Source of the DNA: Phycisphaerales bacterium
Lineage (GTDB): Bacteria; Planctomycetota; Phycisphaerae; Phycisphaerales; UBA1924
Direction: 5' to 3'
DNA length: 64,000 nt
Assembly: GCA_965227775.1 (NCBI GenBank)
Contig: OZ245777.1
Location: 1,600,001 to 1,664,000, forward strand
Part shown: positions 31,447 to 41,648 of the stretch, one piece after another
Layout: the number at the start of each line of letters is the position of its first letter
Numbering within the stretch: the stretch's first letter is position 1
Program-made: the position numbers and the translations under genes
The notes under the pieces: generated by a model
Told to the model about the DNA's origin: nothing
Seen by the model: the letters and a program-made list of their open reading frames with translations, nothing else
The model's database searches: none

Positions 31447-33122
31447 GCGTCCGAGCCGAAGACACGCGCGACCCCGCGCTGCTGCGCCTTGCGCGTTCGC
31501 ATGGTCTGCTAACCGAGCACGAGAACGGCATGGGCGTGCAGCGCTACCCGAGCGAGGCGGCACTGATCGCCGTGCTCCGCGCGCTCGGTGTTGATCTCGA
31601 TCGGCCCGTGGACGCTGATCGGGTATCTCAGCCAGCGAGCGCACCCAAGCGATTCTGGAGGGACGACCGCCGACGGCTTGGCGCTTTTGTTCCGCTCTAC
31701 GCGTTGCGATTCGAGGGCGGCGTCGGTGTTGGAGACCTCGACGGACTCGGGCGGCTGTGCGAATGGGCGGGAGGCCGGGGTGTATCGCTTGTGAGCACGC
31801 TGCCACTGTTGGCAGGACGGTACACGAACCCGACCGACGGCTGCCCCTACGCGCCGCTGAGCCGGAGCGTTTTCAGTGAGCTGTTCCTCGATCTTCGGGA
31901 GTTCATGACGACCGAGGAGCGGGCTGAAGCCAAGCGCATCTCTGCAGCACCACTGGTCGACTACCAGGCAAGCTGGCAGCTTAAGCGATGGGTGCTTGCG
32001 CGTGAGTCTGCGAAGGCGAATGCCGCGGCGATCCAAGCGTTCTTGAGTGCCGATCCACTCATCGCGCAGTATGCTCAGTGGCGTGCGCAGGACGATGGTG
32101 ATCCTTCGTCCGAGCGGCTCTACGGCTTCGCGCAGATGCTGCTGCACGAGCAGCTCTCGACGCTCCGCTCGCGGGCCGAGTCCGCCGGTTGTGGGTTCTA
32201 CCTCGATCTGCCGGTCGGTGTCGCCGCCGACGGCTTCGACGTGCATCGCAACCCCGACGCGTATGCGAAGGGCATCGCCGTGGGCGCGCCGCCGGACGCG
32301 TACTTCCCCGAGGGCCAGGTCTGGGGCTTCCCGCCGATGCTGCCCGAGCATGCGCGGCTGAGCGGCCATGGCGAGCTCATCGAGGCAACGCGGCGCCACC
32401 TGCGCTATGCCAGCACGCTGCGGCTTGATCATGTGATGGGCCTGTGGCGGCTGTATTGGGTGCCCGAAGGCCACGGTGCCGATGACGGCGTATACGTGCG
32501 GTACGACGCCGCTGGCGCGCTGGACGTCCTTGCTGACTTGTCCCACGAGCACGAGGCGCTGTTCATCGGCGAGAACCTGGGCACGGTGCCGCCCGAGGTC
32601 GACGCCGCCATGATCGAGCGCTACCTGCTGGGTATGACTGCCTCTCAATACGATGGCGGCGATCAGGCCGTCGCGCCCGGGGCGGCCAAGCCCGAGTTGA
32701 TCGCAGCGCCCAACACCCACGACATGCCGACGTTCGCCGGCTACCTGGCCGGTCGCGACATCGACCTGCGTCACTCGCTCGGCTTGCTCGATGCCTCGGC
32801 AGCGGCGTACGACATGCGGTTGCGCGCTGCGGCGGTGGAGCGCTTGCACCAGCAGTTCGAAGAGGCCGACGAAGCAGACCTGTTCGACGCGCTCGTTGAC
32901 CGGCTCTGCAAGTCTCTGGCGCCCGTGGTCATGCTGGCGCTCGAAGACCTGTGGGGTGAGACCGAGCCGCAGAATATCCCCGGTGTGAGCGCGGGCTACC
33001 CGTGCTGGCGCAGGCCGATGCGTTGGACGCTGGAAGAACTGATCGCCGACGATAGCATCTCCGCCCGCCTGCGCGGGTGGGCGAGCCGCATCGGGCAGCG
33101 ATCGGGAGCCGGCGCTTCATGA
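31443..33122 (+). CDS. malQ: 4-alpha-glucanotransferase (GH77)
   Basis: 'YLDLPVG', 'GAPPD', 'GQ.WGFPP', 'LRLDHVMG', 'GENLG', 'THDMPT'. Confidence 0.9.
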   Translation: MSVRAEDTRDPALLRLARSHGLLTEHENGMGVQRYPSEAALIAVLRALGVDLDRPVDADRVSQPASAPKRFWRDDRRRLGAFVPLYALRFEGGVGVGDLDGLGRLCEWAGGRGVSLVSTLPLLAGRYTNPTDGCPYAPLSRSVFSELFLDLREFMTTEERAEAKRISAAPLVDYQASWQLKRWVLARESAKANAAAIQAFLSADPLIAQYAQWRAQDDGDPSSERLYGFAQMLLHEQLSTLRSRAESAGCGFYLDLPVGVAADGFDVHRNPDAYAKGIAVGAPPDAYFPEGQVWGFPPMLPEHARLSGHGELIEATRRHLRYASTLRLDHVMGLWRLYWVPEGHGADDGVYVRYDAAGALDVLADLSHEHEALFIGENLGTVPPEVDAAMIERYLLGMTASQYDGGDQAVAPGAAKPELIAAPNTHDMPTFAGYLAGRDIDLRHSLGLLDASAAAYDMRLRAAAVERLHQQFEEADEADLFDALVDRLCKSLAPVVMLALEDLWGETEPQNIPGVSAGYPCWRRPMRWTLEELIADDSISARLRGWASRIGQRSGAGAS

Positions 33123-35533
33123 AACCCTACGTGTGCATCCACGGCCACTTCTACCAGCCGCCGCGCGAGAATCCATGGCTCGAAGCGGTCGAAGTACAGG
33201 ACTCGGCCTACCCGTATCACGACTGGAACGAGCGGATCACCGCCGAGTGCTACCAGCCCAACGGCCAAGCGCGCATCCTCGACGCCGAGGGTTGGATCGA
33301 GCGCATCAACAACAACTACGCGCACATCAGCTTTAACTTCGGCCCCACGCTGCTCTCGTGGATGCAAGAGCACGCGCCCGAGGCGTACGAGGCCATCCTC
33401 GAAGCCGACCGCCAGAGCATCGAGCTCAACGGGGGGCACGGGTCGGCCATCGCCCAGGCGTACAACCACGTCATCATGCCACTCGCCAACGACCGCGACC
33501 GGCGCACCCAGGTCCTCTGGGGCATCAAGGACTTCGAGCATCGCTTCGGCCGACGGCCCGAGGGCATGTGGTTGCCCGAGACGGCGGCAAACCGGGCGAC
33601 GCTCGATGAGCTCGCGCGGCAGCGCATCGCCTTCACATTGCTGGCTCCGAGGCAGGCCCTGCGATACCGCAAGATCGGAAGCGACACGTGGATCTATGCC
33701 CGTGAGCACGGCATCGATCCACGCCGACCCTACCTCTGCCGGCTCGAGGACGGCAGGACCATCGCGCTGTTCTTCTACGACGGTCCGCTGTCGCAAGCTG
33801 TGGCGTTCGAGCGGTTGTTGGCTAATGGCGAGCAGTTCGCGAATCGGCTGCTGGGCGGCATCGACCCCGGCCGCGAAGAGGCGCAGCTTGTGCACATCGC
33901 CACCGACGGCGAGAGTTACGGCCACCATCATCCGTATGGCGATATGGCCCTCTCGTACGCCGTCCGTCGCATCATGGACGGCGGCGAGGCGACGCTGGTC
34001 AACTACGGCCGGTTCCTCGAGCTGCACCCGCCCGAGTGGGAGGCCGAGATCATCGACGATTCGTCGTGGAGCTGCGTGCACGGCATCGAGCGGTGGCGGA
34101 GTGATTGCGGTTGCCACTCGGGAGGCCGGCCGAACTGGAACCAGGCGTGGCGCAAGCCGCTGCGAGAATCGCTCGATTGGCTTCGTGATGAGATGGCCGA
34201 GCGGTTCGAGCGCGAGGCGAGCGGACTGCTCATCGATCCCTGGGCGGCGAGAGACGAATACATCAACGTCATCCTCGATCGCTCGCGCGAGAACGCGATC
34301 GAGTTCATCGAGCGGCACGCCGGCCCGCACGAGGGCCCGCTCGACTATACCCGCATCCTTCGCCTGCTCGAGCTGCAGCGAAACGCGATGCTCATGTACA
34401 CGAGCTGCGGGTGGTTCTTCGATGAGCTCACCGGTATCGAGACGGTGCAGATCCTGCAGTACGCCGGACGCGTTATCCAGATCGCAGAGGGCTTGTTCAA
34501 GGACTCGTTCGAGGATGCGTTTCTCGATCACCTGAGCAACGCCCGGAGCAATCTGCGAGAGCACGGCGATGGTCGGCAGGTGTACATGAACATGGTCCGG
34601 CCGGCTAAGGTCGACCTGCTCAAGATGGCCGAGCACTACGCGGTGATCTCACTGTTCGAGGACTGCGGCTACGAGACGAGTGTCTACTGCTATGACGTCC
34701 GCAGCGAGCTGTGCACCGATATGCACGCCGGCAGGACGCAGCTCCGCGTCGGGCGCGCGACGCTGACCTCGCGACTGACCCTGAACAGCCAGCAGGTGAC
34801 CTATGCGGTGCTGCACCTGGCCGACCACATCATCGCGGGCGGCGCTGGGGTGGGTGTCGAAGACGAACGGTTCGATGCGTTCGTGCAGGAGGCCAAGCAG
34901 GCGTTCGACCTGGCCCAGTATGGCAAGCTGCTGCGGCTGATCGAGCGCGACTTCGGCAGCTCGACGTTCTCGCTTGCCTCGCTCTTCAAGGACGAGCAGC
35001 GAAGGGTCGCCGAGCAGGTCCTGCAGGGCGCCCTCAATAGCGCTGAGGCGACATATCGTCGGATGTACGACGACCAGGCGCCGCTGCTGCACTTCCTGCA
35101 CGCTCTCAACATCCCGTCTCCGCGGGCGCTGTACTTCCCGGTCGAGCTTGTGCTGAATGCCGACCTCGTGCGGCTGCTCCGGGCCGAGCAGCCCGACGTC
35201 GCCCAGGCCCGGCAGATCCTCCAGCGGGCCCAGCAGGCGGGCGTGGACCTTGACCGGTCGACGCTCTCTTACGTGGCCGAGGCGGCACTCGCCAGGCAGG
35301 CCGAGAGGTTATTGGGCGATCCCGCCAATGCCGAGGCCCTCCAATCGCTGGGTGCCTTGGTCGAGATGACGCTGGCATCACCCTTCGAAGTCCGCCTGGA
35401 CGTCGCGCAAAACGCGATCTATCGCGTCTTGCAGGACGTCGATCGCACGCTGCACGCCGGTCGCGTCGCCGATTCGACGGCCTGGCAGGAGGAAGTCGGC
35501 CGCGTCGCTGGGCTGCTGAAGATCCGCTCATAA
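33119..35533 (+). CDS. GH57 glycoside hydrolase with a DUF3536 C-terminus
   Basis: 'HGHFYQPPRENPW', 'WLPETA', 'TDGESYGHH', 'SWSC.HG.ERW', 'MYTSCGWFFD'. Confidence 0.92.
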   Translation: MKPYVCIHGHFYQPPRENPWLEAVEVQDSAYPYHDWNERITAECYQPNGQARILDAEGWIERINNNYAHISFNFGPTLLSWMQEHAPEAYEAILEADRQSIELNGGHGSAIAQAYNHVIMPLANDRDRRTQVLWGIKDFEHRFGRRPEGMWLPETAANRATLDELARQRIAFTLLAPRQALRYRKIGSDTWIYAREHGIDPRRPYLCRLEDGRTIALFFYDGPLSQAVAFERLLANGEQFANRLLGGIDPGREEAQLVHIATDGESYGHHHPYGDMALSYAVRRIMDGGEATLVNYGRFLELHPPEWEAEIIDDSSWSCVHGIERWRSDCGCHSGGRPNWNQAWRKPLRESLDWLRDEMAERFEREASGLLIDPWAARDEYINVILDRSRENAIEFIERHAGPHEGPLDYTRILRLLELQRNAMLMYTSCGWFFDELTGIETVQILQYAGRVIQIAEGLFKDSFEDAFLDHLSNARSNLREHGDGRQVYMNMVRPAKVDLLKMAEHYAVISLFEDCGYETSVYCYDVRSELCTDMHAGRTQLRVGRATLTSRLTLNSQQVTYAVLHLADHIIAGGAGVGVEDERFDAFVQEAKQAFDLAQYGKLLRLIERDFGSSTFSLASLFKDEQRRVAEQVLQGALNSAEATYRRMYDDQAPLLHFLHALNIPSPRALYFPVELVLNADLVRLLRAEQPDVAQARQILQRAQQAGVDLDRSTLSYVAEAALARQAERLLGDPANAEALQSLGALVEMTLASPFEVRLDVAQNAIYRVLQDVDRTLHAGRVADSTAWQEEVGRVAGLLKIRS

Positions 35534-35611
35534 GGTCTTCTTAAAGCAACATTCATGCAAATCGGCGCCCAGCGCCGGGGAAACGCGCGCGGGCGAGCCG
35601 AAGAATACGGC

Positions 35612-36592
35612 ATGGAGGAACCAGCGCAGCCCGCAGACCACCAGTGCGAACCCGGAACGCTGCCCGAGGCCGACCCAGCCGAGGCGATCTGGACCGAGCC
35701 CGCCGTGGTGCGCGATGAGAAGACCGGTGCCGAGCGGCTCGATCTGCGGTACCGCACGATCTTTCTGAGCGACCTGCACCTGGGAAGCAACGGGTGCCAG
35801 GCCAAGGAACTCAGCGCCTTCCTGAAGAGCGTGCGTTGCGACACGCTCTATCTGGTTGGCGACGTGATCGACATGTGGCGCCTCAAGAGCAAGTGGTACT
35901 GGCCGGGCAAGCACAACCGCGTTATCAGTCGCATCCTCAAGATGGCGCGCAAGGGCACGCGCGTCGTCTACATCCCCGGAAACCATGACGAGGGCGCGCG
36001 GCAGTACGCGGGATTGAGCTTTGGCGGTGTTGAGCTGGTGCTCGATGCCGAGCACGTGACCGCCGACGGCCGACGCTTGTTTATCAGCCACGGCGACCAA
36101 TTCGACATGGTGGTCAAGCACGCCAGGGCGCTCTCGATGCTCGGCTCGGCCAGCTACGAATTGCTGCTGCGGATCAACCGCCAGTACAACCGCGTCCGCC
36201 GGCTCTTCGGGCTCAACTACTGGAGCCTTAGCCAGTTCCTGAAGCTCAAGGTCAAGAGCGCGTGCACGTACATCAGCCGCTTCGAGGAAGCGCTCGTTGA
36301 GGAGGCCAAGGGCAAGGGCTTCGACGGCGTGGTGTGCGGCCACATCCACAAAGCCGAGATCAGGCCCGACGAGACCCACAAGGGCATGATGTACTACAAC
36401 TGCGGCGACTGGGTCGAGAGCTGCACCGCCCTGGTCGAAGACTTCGACGGCTCGATCCGCCTGCTGGACGGAAAGGCCGTGGTCGAACGGCTGCGGCAGT
36501 ACGGCCAGCTCTCGGGCGGCAAGAAGTCCCGCCGCACGAAGCGTCGCGTGCTGCCCAGTTCTCTGCGGCCGTCCGAGATCGAGGTCAGCTGA
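35612..36592 (+). CDS. Calcineurin-like metallophosphoesterase (UDP-2,3-diacylglucosamine hydrolase/LpxH-like)
   Basis: 'SDLHLG', 'GD.ID', 'GNHD', 'HGD', 'GHIH', 'N.GDW'. Confidence 0.88.
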   Translation: MEEPAQPADHQCEPGTLPEADPAEAIWTEPAVVRDEKTGAERLDLRYRTIFLSDLHLGSNGCQAKELSAFLKSVRCDTLYLVGDVIDMWRLKSKWYWPGKHNRVISRILKMARKGTRVVYIPGNHDEGARQYAGLSFGGVELVLDAEHVTADGRRLFISHGDQFDMVVKHARALSMLGSASYELLLRINRQYNRVRRLFGLNYWSLSQFLKLKVKSACTYISRFEEALVEEAKGKGFDGVVCGHIHKAEIRPDETHKGMMYYNCGDWVESCTALVEDFDGSIRLLDGKAVVERLRQYGQLSGGKKSRRTKRRVLPSSLRPSEIEVS

Positions 36593-36613
36593 TCCCGGTA
36601 TCTACCCTTGGCC

Positions 36614-37249
36614 ATGGCCGGGGGCATCCGCATCGAGTGGACTAGTGAGCGCAGCTTGCGGGTGGTCGGCGTTTCATCGGAACCTAGTGCGGTTGACGTT
36701 CTGGCGAGCCTCCAAGGCGTCCGAGACGCAGTGCCGGCGGAGGGCGCGATCTACGTGCAGGTTGATCCGCTGGCTGGCATCACGCCATCGATCATCTCCA
36801 AGGCGCTCGAAGCCAAAAGCGCTCGTGGGTCGATCCAGCCTCGCGTGCACGAGATCCCCGTGTGCTATGGCGGCCAGCATGGGCCCGACCTTGATGATGT
36901 TGCCCGCCAAGCCGGGATGGCCGAGCGTGAGGTAGTTGAGCTGCACGCGTCGGCCGAATTCACGGTGAAGTTCCTCGGTTTCGCGCCAGGCTTCGGCTAC
37001 CTCGGCGGACTCCCCGATCGACTGCAGGTACCCAGGCTGGCTTCGCCGCGGATGCGGGTGGAAGCAGGCAGCGTTGGAATAGCCGGGCCGTACTCGGGCG
37101 TGTACGGGCTGGCTGGTCCGGGAGGCTGGCGGATCATCGGGCGCACAAGGACGGTCATGTTCGGCGTGGAACGCGACGATCCCGCGCTCTTGCGCGCAGG
37201 TGACGTCGTGCGCTTCAGGCCCATCTCGGCCCAGGAGTTCGGCGCGTGA
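36614..37249 (+). CDS. pxpB: 5-oxoprolinase subunit B
   Basis: 'IPVCYG...GPDL', 'GFAPGFGYL', 'PR..V.AGSV', '[10 protein letters not shown]'. Confidence 0.88.
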   Translation: MAGGIRIEWTSERSLRVVGVSSEPSAVDVLASLQGVRDAVPAEGAIYVQVDPLAGITPSIISKALEAKSARGSIQPRVHEIPVCYGGQHGPDLDDVARQAGMAEREVVELHASAEFTVKFLGFAPGFGYLGGLPDRLQVPRLASPRMRVEAGSVGIAGPYSGVYGLAGPGGWRIIGRTRTVMFGVERDDPALLRAGDVVRFRPISAQEFGA

Positions 37250-38124
37250 GCCTGAGCGTCGTGCGAGTCCAGGGTCGGGCGACCGTGCAGGACCTGGGGC
37301 GTCCGGGCCAGGCGCACATCGGTGTCCCGGTTGGTGGCGCTGCCGATACCCTCTCGCTTCGCGTTGCCAATCGTGTTGTTGGCAACCCCGAGAGTGCGGC
37401 GGGGCTCGAAGTCTGCATGGGTGAGATCGAGCTGCGAGCCGATTCGCCGTGCACAGTGGTCGTGGGGGCCGGTCGGAATTCGTACCAGACGCTTTCGTTG
37501 GCGAGCGGTCAGGCCTTCTCCGTTCGGCCCGACGCCGGTCTTGCGCGCGCGTGCGTTGCCGTCGCGGGTGGCATTGACGTGCCCGAGGTGCTGGGTTCGC
37601 GGTCGACGTTCGAGGCCGCCGGCTTCGGGGGGTACACGGGCCGTGCTCTCAACGCCGGCGACGAGCTACTCGTTGGTGACGAGTGCGGCGAGCAACGGGA
37701 CATACCGGTCTCCATTCGCGCGATGGTGGACTTCGCGTTGCGACGCCGTGTGCTTCGGATCGTGTCCGATGGGGCCGAGTTCGAAGTGCCGCCGGGGCTG
37801 CTGCGCGTTTCTCCGAACGGAGATCGCATAGGCATGCGTCTCGCTCGTTGGGACGACGGCGCCTCGATCGCGACGGGCCCAAGCCGGGGCGTGCTGTATG
37901 GCACGATCCAGATGCCGTCGTCGGGCGAAATCGTCGTGCTCGGACCCGATGGACCGACGACCGGCGGCTACGCGACCGTGGGCACAGTCATCGCCGCCGA
38001 TCTTCCTGCGGTCGGGCAGCTCGTGCCCTGGCAGTGGGTGGGCTTCGAGGTGATCGATCGTGCGGAGGCGGTTGCCGTCCTGTCGGCTCGGGAAGAGGCG
38101 CTCTGGCGGTGGATCGCCTCGTAG
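37246..38124 (+). CDS. pxpC: 5-oxoprolinase subunit C
   Basis: 'TVQDLGR', 'AN..VGN', 'GSRST', 'DRIGMRL', 'TTGGY'. Confidence 0.85.
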   Translation: MSLSVVRVQGRATVQDLGRPGQAHIGVPVGGAADTLSLRVANRVVGNPESAAGLEVCMGEIELRADSPCTVVVGAGRNSYQTLSLASGQAFSVRPDAGLARACVAVAGGIDVPEVLGSRSTFEAAGFGGYTGRALNAGDELLVGDECGEQRDIPVSIRAMVDFALRRRVLRIVSDGAEFEVPPGLLRVSPNGDRIGMRLARWDDGASIATGPSRGVLYGTIQMPSSGEIVVLGPDGPTTGGYATVGTVIAADLPAVGQLVPWQWVGFEVIDRAEAVAVLSAREEALWRWIAS

Positions 38125-38132
38125 ACTGCGTC

Positions 38133-38891
38133 ATGAGCGAGGCAAGCCTGCTCGGCCCCGCGATTGATCTGAACGCCGATGCTGGCGAGCGTGACGACCT
38201 GCTTCCGAGCGATCTCGCGCTGCTGGACCTGGTGTCGTCGGTCAACATCGCGTGCGGTGGGCATGCCGGCAGCCATGAGCTGATGAGAGCGATCGTGAAG
38301 CGCGCCGCCGATCGCGGCGTGTCGATCGGTGCCCACCCCGGGTACGCCGACCCCGAGAACTTTGGGCGGATCGAGTTGGGCGTTGGTTCTGAAGAGATCT
38401 ACGCGTTGTGCCGTGCGCAGGTCTCCGAGCTCGCGCGGGTCGCGGCGGCCGATGGGCTGACGTTGGCCCACGCCAAGCCGCACGGTGCGCTCTATCACCG
38501 GGCGATGGCGGACGCCGATGTCGCCGAGGCCGTGGCTCGCGGGTGCCTCGATGCGGTGGCCGAGATTACGGGCGACCCGTTCGCATCGCTGGCGTTCTTC
38601 GGGCTGCCCGAATCGGCCGGAGCCGCCCGCTGGAGCGAGATGGACCTTCCCGTGCGACGTGAGGGATTTGCCGATCGCCAGTACGCGGCCGATGGCTCGA
38701 TGCTGCCGCGCACCGAGTCGGGTGCGGTGCTGGCCAATCCCCAGGAAGCGGCATTGCAGGGCCTGCAGCTGGCCTGCAGCGGGCGTTTCGAGACACTATG
38801 TGTGCACGGCGATACGCCCGGCGCGCTGCGGATCGCCCATGCGGTTCGGTCGGCGCTCCTCGAGGGCGGGGTGCGGATCGTGCCGGTGTAG
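38133..38891 (+). CDS. pxpA: 5-oxoprolinase subunit A (LamB/YcsF family)
   Basis: 'IDLNAD.GE', 'NIACGGHAG', 'GAHP', 'KPHGALY', 'CVHGD'. Confidence 0.92.
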   Translation: MSEASLLGPAIDLNADAGERDDLLPSDLALLDLVSSVNIACGGHAGSHELMRAIVKRAADRGVSIGAHPGYADPENFGRIELGVGSEEIYALCRAQVSELARVAAADGLTLAHAKPHGALYHRAMADADVAEAVARGCLDAVAEITGDPFASLAFFGLPESAGAARWSEMDLPVRREGFADRQYAADGSMLPRTESGAVLANPQEAALQGLQLACSGRFETLCVHGDTPGALRIAHAVRSALLEGGVRIVPV

Positions 38892-38904
38892 TCGAGCGAC
38901 CGGC

Positions 38905-38932
38905 TTGACAGGCAATCAACCGCGGCTATCTT
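38905..38932 (+). promoter_or_regulatory. sigma70 promoter of the his operon
   Basis: TTGACA-N16-TATCTT, ending 8 nt before the leader ATG. Confidence 0.7.
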
Positions 38933-38940
38933 CTTCCGAC

Positions 38941-39006
38941 ATGATCGCATTGTCTTTCCATCACCACCATGCCCATCTGCCGCACCCGCGAGGGAGCCGG
39001 ATGTGA
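38941..39006 (+). CDS. hisL: his operon leader peptide MIALSFHHHHAHLPHPRGSRM
   Basis: 21-codon ORF with 6 His codons (4 consecutive), upstream of a terminator and hisG. Confidence 0.85.
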   Translation: MIALSFHHHHAHLPHPRGSRM

Positions 39007-39040
39007 GCGTGGCCTGATGGACTTTTGATCCGAAGGACGC

Positions 39041-39067
39041 AAACGCCGGCCCCGAGCCGGCGTTTTT
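39041..39067 (+). terminator. his attenuator terminator
   Basis: AAACGCCGGC-CCCGA-GCCGGCGTTTTT. Confidence 0.85.
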
Positions 39068-39128
39068 CGTGCACGGGCGAAGGCCACGTGCAAGAAGCGT
39101 CGGCCGGGGCCAAGCCTGGAGCCGACCG

Positions 39129-40016
39129 ATGACCGTCATGCAAAAAGCCGTCGCGACCGCGACGACGATCAAGCTCGCGATACCGAAGGGACGGATGTTC
39201 GAGGGCGTGCGCCGGCTGCTGGCCGACGGCGGCTTAGATATCTCTGCCACGGAACGCGGGTACCGACCTTCGATCTCGTTGCCAGGGTTCGGCGTGAAGC
39301 TCTTGAAGCCGCGCGCCATCGTGGAGATGCTGGCGGCCGGAAGCCGCGATGTCGGCTTCGCCGGCGCCGATTGGGTGCGTGAGACTGGCGCCGGCCTGGT
39401 TGAGATCGTGGACACGGGGCTCGATCGAGTCAGACTCGTCGCCGCGGCGCCCGTCGAGTTGCTCGAAGACGGGCGGCTTCCCGATCGGCCGCTTGTCGTC
39501 GCATCCGAATACGAGCAGATCGCCCAAGCGTGGATCGGGCAGCGCGGGCTCGATGCGACGCTGCTCCGCTCGTACGGAGCGACAGAGGTGCTGCCGCCCG
39601 AGGACGCCGACTGCATTATCGACAACACCGCGACCGGCGCGACACTGGCGGCCAACGGGCTGGTGATCATCGATGAGCTCATGACCTCTTCGACGCGGCT
39701 CTACGCGTCTCGATCGGCCATGAGCGACCCCACCAAGCGAGCACAGATCGACCGTGTCGGCCTGATCGTTCGGTCGGTGCTCGAGGCGCGGCGGCGGGTG
39801 ATGATCGAGATCAACGTGCCGGCGGATTGTCTCGATGCGGTCGTGGGCGTGTTGCCCTGCATGCGCGAGCCGACGGTTTCGGCTTTGCGGTCGCAGTCGG
39901 GCTTTGCGGTGAAGGCGGCGGTGCGACGGGAGGAACTGGCCGAGGTCGTGCCGCTCGTGAAGCAGTTGGGTGGGACGGACATCGTGGTGACCCGGCCGGA
40001 GCAGATCGTGCCATGA
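39129..40016 (+). CDS. hisG: ATP phosphoribosyltransferase, long form
   Basis: 'AIPKGR', 'D.GFAG.D', 'GATE..P...ADCIID...TG.TL.AN.L' and the C-terminal regulatory domain 'P..REPTV'. Confidence 0.95.
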   Translation: MTVMQKAVATATTIKLAIPKGRMFEGVRRLLADGGLDISATERGYRPSISLPGFGVKLLKPRAIVEMLAAGSRDVGFAGADWVRETGAGLVEIVDTGLDRVRLVAAAPVELLEDGRLPDRPLVVASEYEQIAQAWIGQRGLDATLLRSYGATEVLPPEDADCIIDNTATGATLAANGLVIIDELMTSSTRLYASRSAMSDPTKRAQIDRVGLIVRSVLEARRRVMIEINVPADCLDAVVGVLPCMREPTVSALRSQSGFAVKAAVRREELAEVVPLVKQLGGTDIVVTRPEQIVP

Positions 40017-41065
40017 GTGCCACGACGAGAGACATTGAGCTTCAACCGACCGCGCGGCTTGCGGGGCTTCGGCCGTATGGCACCGGGAGCGTTCGGGCTG
40101 AGGGCGCCCTGTTGCTGGACGCCAACGAGGGTCCGTTGGCTCCGCAGGCGTGGTTGGACCGACTGCGGGCGGTCGACGACGAAGCGCTGCGGCGGTATCC
40201 GAAGGCCGGTTCGCTCGAAGCCGCGATCGCAAGACGCCTGGGCGTGGCGTCGACGCGTGTGGTTGTAACGGCGGGTGGTGACGACGCGATCGATCGGGTA
40301 AGCCGAGTGTCGCTTGAGCCGGGGCGATCGTTCGTCGTGCACACACCGACGTTTGAGATGATCACTCGAGGGGCTTTGCTTGCTGGTGGCGATGTTCGGA
40401 GCGTGCCGTGGATGGGTGGTTGCTTTCCCATCGATGAATTCGAAGCCGCGGTTTCTGCTGACACAGGCCTCGTGGCGATCGTCTCACCCAACAACCCCAC
40501 GGGTGGCGTTGTCGCGATTGAGGAGATCGAGCGTGCGTGCGGTGCTGCGCAAGCGGCGGGAGCACTCGTGCTGGTGGATCTGGCATACATCGAGTACGCG
40601 GATGAGGATCCGACGCAGCGATTGCTGGAGTTTGACAACGTCGTAATGGTCCGGACGTTCTCTAAGGCGTTCGGCCTTGCGGGCCTGCGGGTCGGCTACG
40701 CGATCGCCAGCGAGCGGGTGGCCGGATGGTTGAGGACGGTTGGTGGTCCGTACCCGGTGTCGGCACTCGGGCTGGCGATGGCGGGGGTGGCTTGGGAAGC
40801 CGGGGTCGATGCAACATACCTGGATCGCGTTCGACGCGAGCGGCAGCGGCTCCAGTCGTGGCTGCGGGAGCGCGGCGTGGAGGTGTTGGATTCCCAGGCG
40901 AACTTCGTGATGGCGCGCCTTGATGCGGTCACGCTCGTGGAGCGGGGCGTCGTGGTCCGAGCCTTCGCCGGAAAACTCGCGGGCTGGTCGCGGATCACGC
41001 TGCCCGGCGACGACGCGGCGTTCCTTCGACTGATGGCTGCGCTCGAGGAGGTGTCCGATGGGTGA
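40013..41065 (+). CDS. hisC: Histidinol-phosphate aminotransferase
   Basis: 'LDANE', 'PNNPTG', 'D.AY', 'RTFSKAFGLAGLRVG'. Confidence 0.93.
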   Translation: MSATTRDIELQPTARLAGLRPYGTGSVRAEGALLLDANEGPLAPQAWLDRLRAVDDEALRRYPKAGSLEAAIARRLGVASTRVVVTAGGDDAIDRVSRVSLEPGRSFVVHTPTFEMITRGALLAGGDVRSVPWMGGCFPIDEFEAAVSADTGLVAIVSPNNPTGGVVAIEEIERACGAAQAAGALVLVDLAYIEYADEDPTQRLLEFDNVVMVRTFSKAFGLAGLRVGYAIASERVAGWLRTVGGPYPVSALGLAMAGVAWEAGVDATYLDRVRRERQRLQSWLRERGVEVLDSQANFVMARLDAVTLVERGVVVRAFAGKLAGWSRITLPGDDAAFLRLMAALEEVSDG

Positions 41066-41648
41066 GCGAAGGGCGAGCCTCCGACGCGAGACCCGCGAGA
41101 CCCGCATCGAGGCATCGATCAACCTCGATGGAACCGGCGTTGCGAAGATTGGGACGGGGATCGGTTTTCTTGACCACATGCTCGGCGCGGTGGCGCTTCA
41201 TGGACGGGTTGATCTCGAGCTCGCATGCCAGGGAGACCTTAAGGTCGATGATCACCACACGGTGGAAGACGTCGCGTTGGTCGTTGGCCAACTCGTCGAC
41301 ACGGCCCTAGGTGATCGTGTTGGCATCGTTCGCTTTGCATACGCGTACGCGCCGCTCGATGAGGCGCTGGCACGCGTCGTGCTCGATTTCTCTGGCCGGG
41401 CCTCGGCGTCGATTGATCTTGGTCTGAAGCGCGAGATGCTTGGCGGCGTGGCGTGCGAGAACCTGGCGCACTGGTTCGTGTCGTTCGCCTCAACAGCGCG
41501 GTGCGCGCTGCACGTCGATGTGCTGCGAGGCGAGAACGATCATCACAAGGCCGAGGCGGCATTCAAGGCGTTCGCGCTGGCCCTGCGTTCGGCGGTCGCG
41601 ATCGATCCTCGGCCGGCGGGTGTGCCGTCCACGAAGGGGGTGCTGTGA
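41058..41648 (+). CDS. hisB: Imidazoleglycerol-phosphate dehydratase
   Basis: 'RETRET', 'GFLDHML', 'DHHTVED', 'N.HHKAEA.FK'. Confidence 0.96.
   Translation: MGERRASLRRETRETRIEASINLDGTGVAKIGTGIGFLDHMLGAVALHGRVDLELACQGDLKVDDHHTVEDVALVVGQLVDTALGDRVGIVRFAYAYAPLDEALARVVLDFSGRASASIDLGLKREMLGGVACENLAHWFVSFASTARCALHVDVLRGENDHHKAEAAFKAFALALRSAVAIDPRPAGVPSTKGVL

Noticed and set aside
26708..34636. Long antisense ORFs over the glycogen genes (26708-28777, 29458-31806, 32996-34636)
   Set aside because: Each lies opposite a well-supported gene, has no recognisable motifs and is expected from stop-codon scarcity at high GC.
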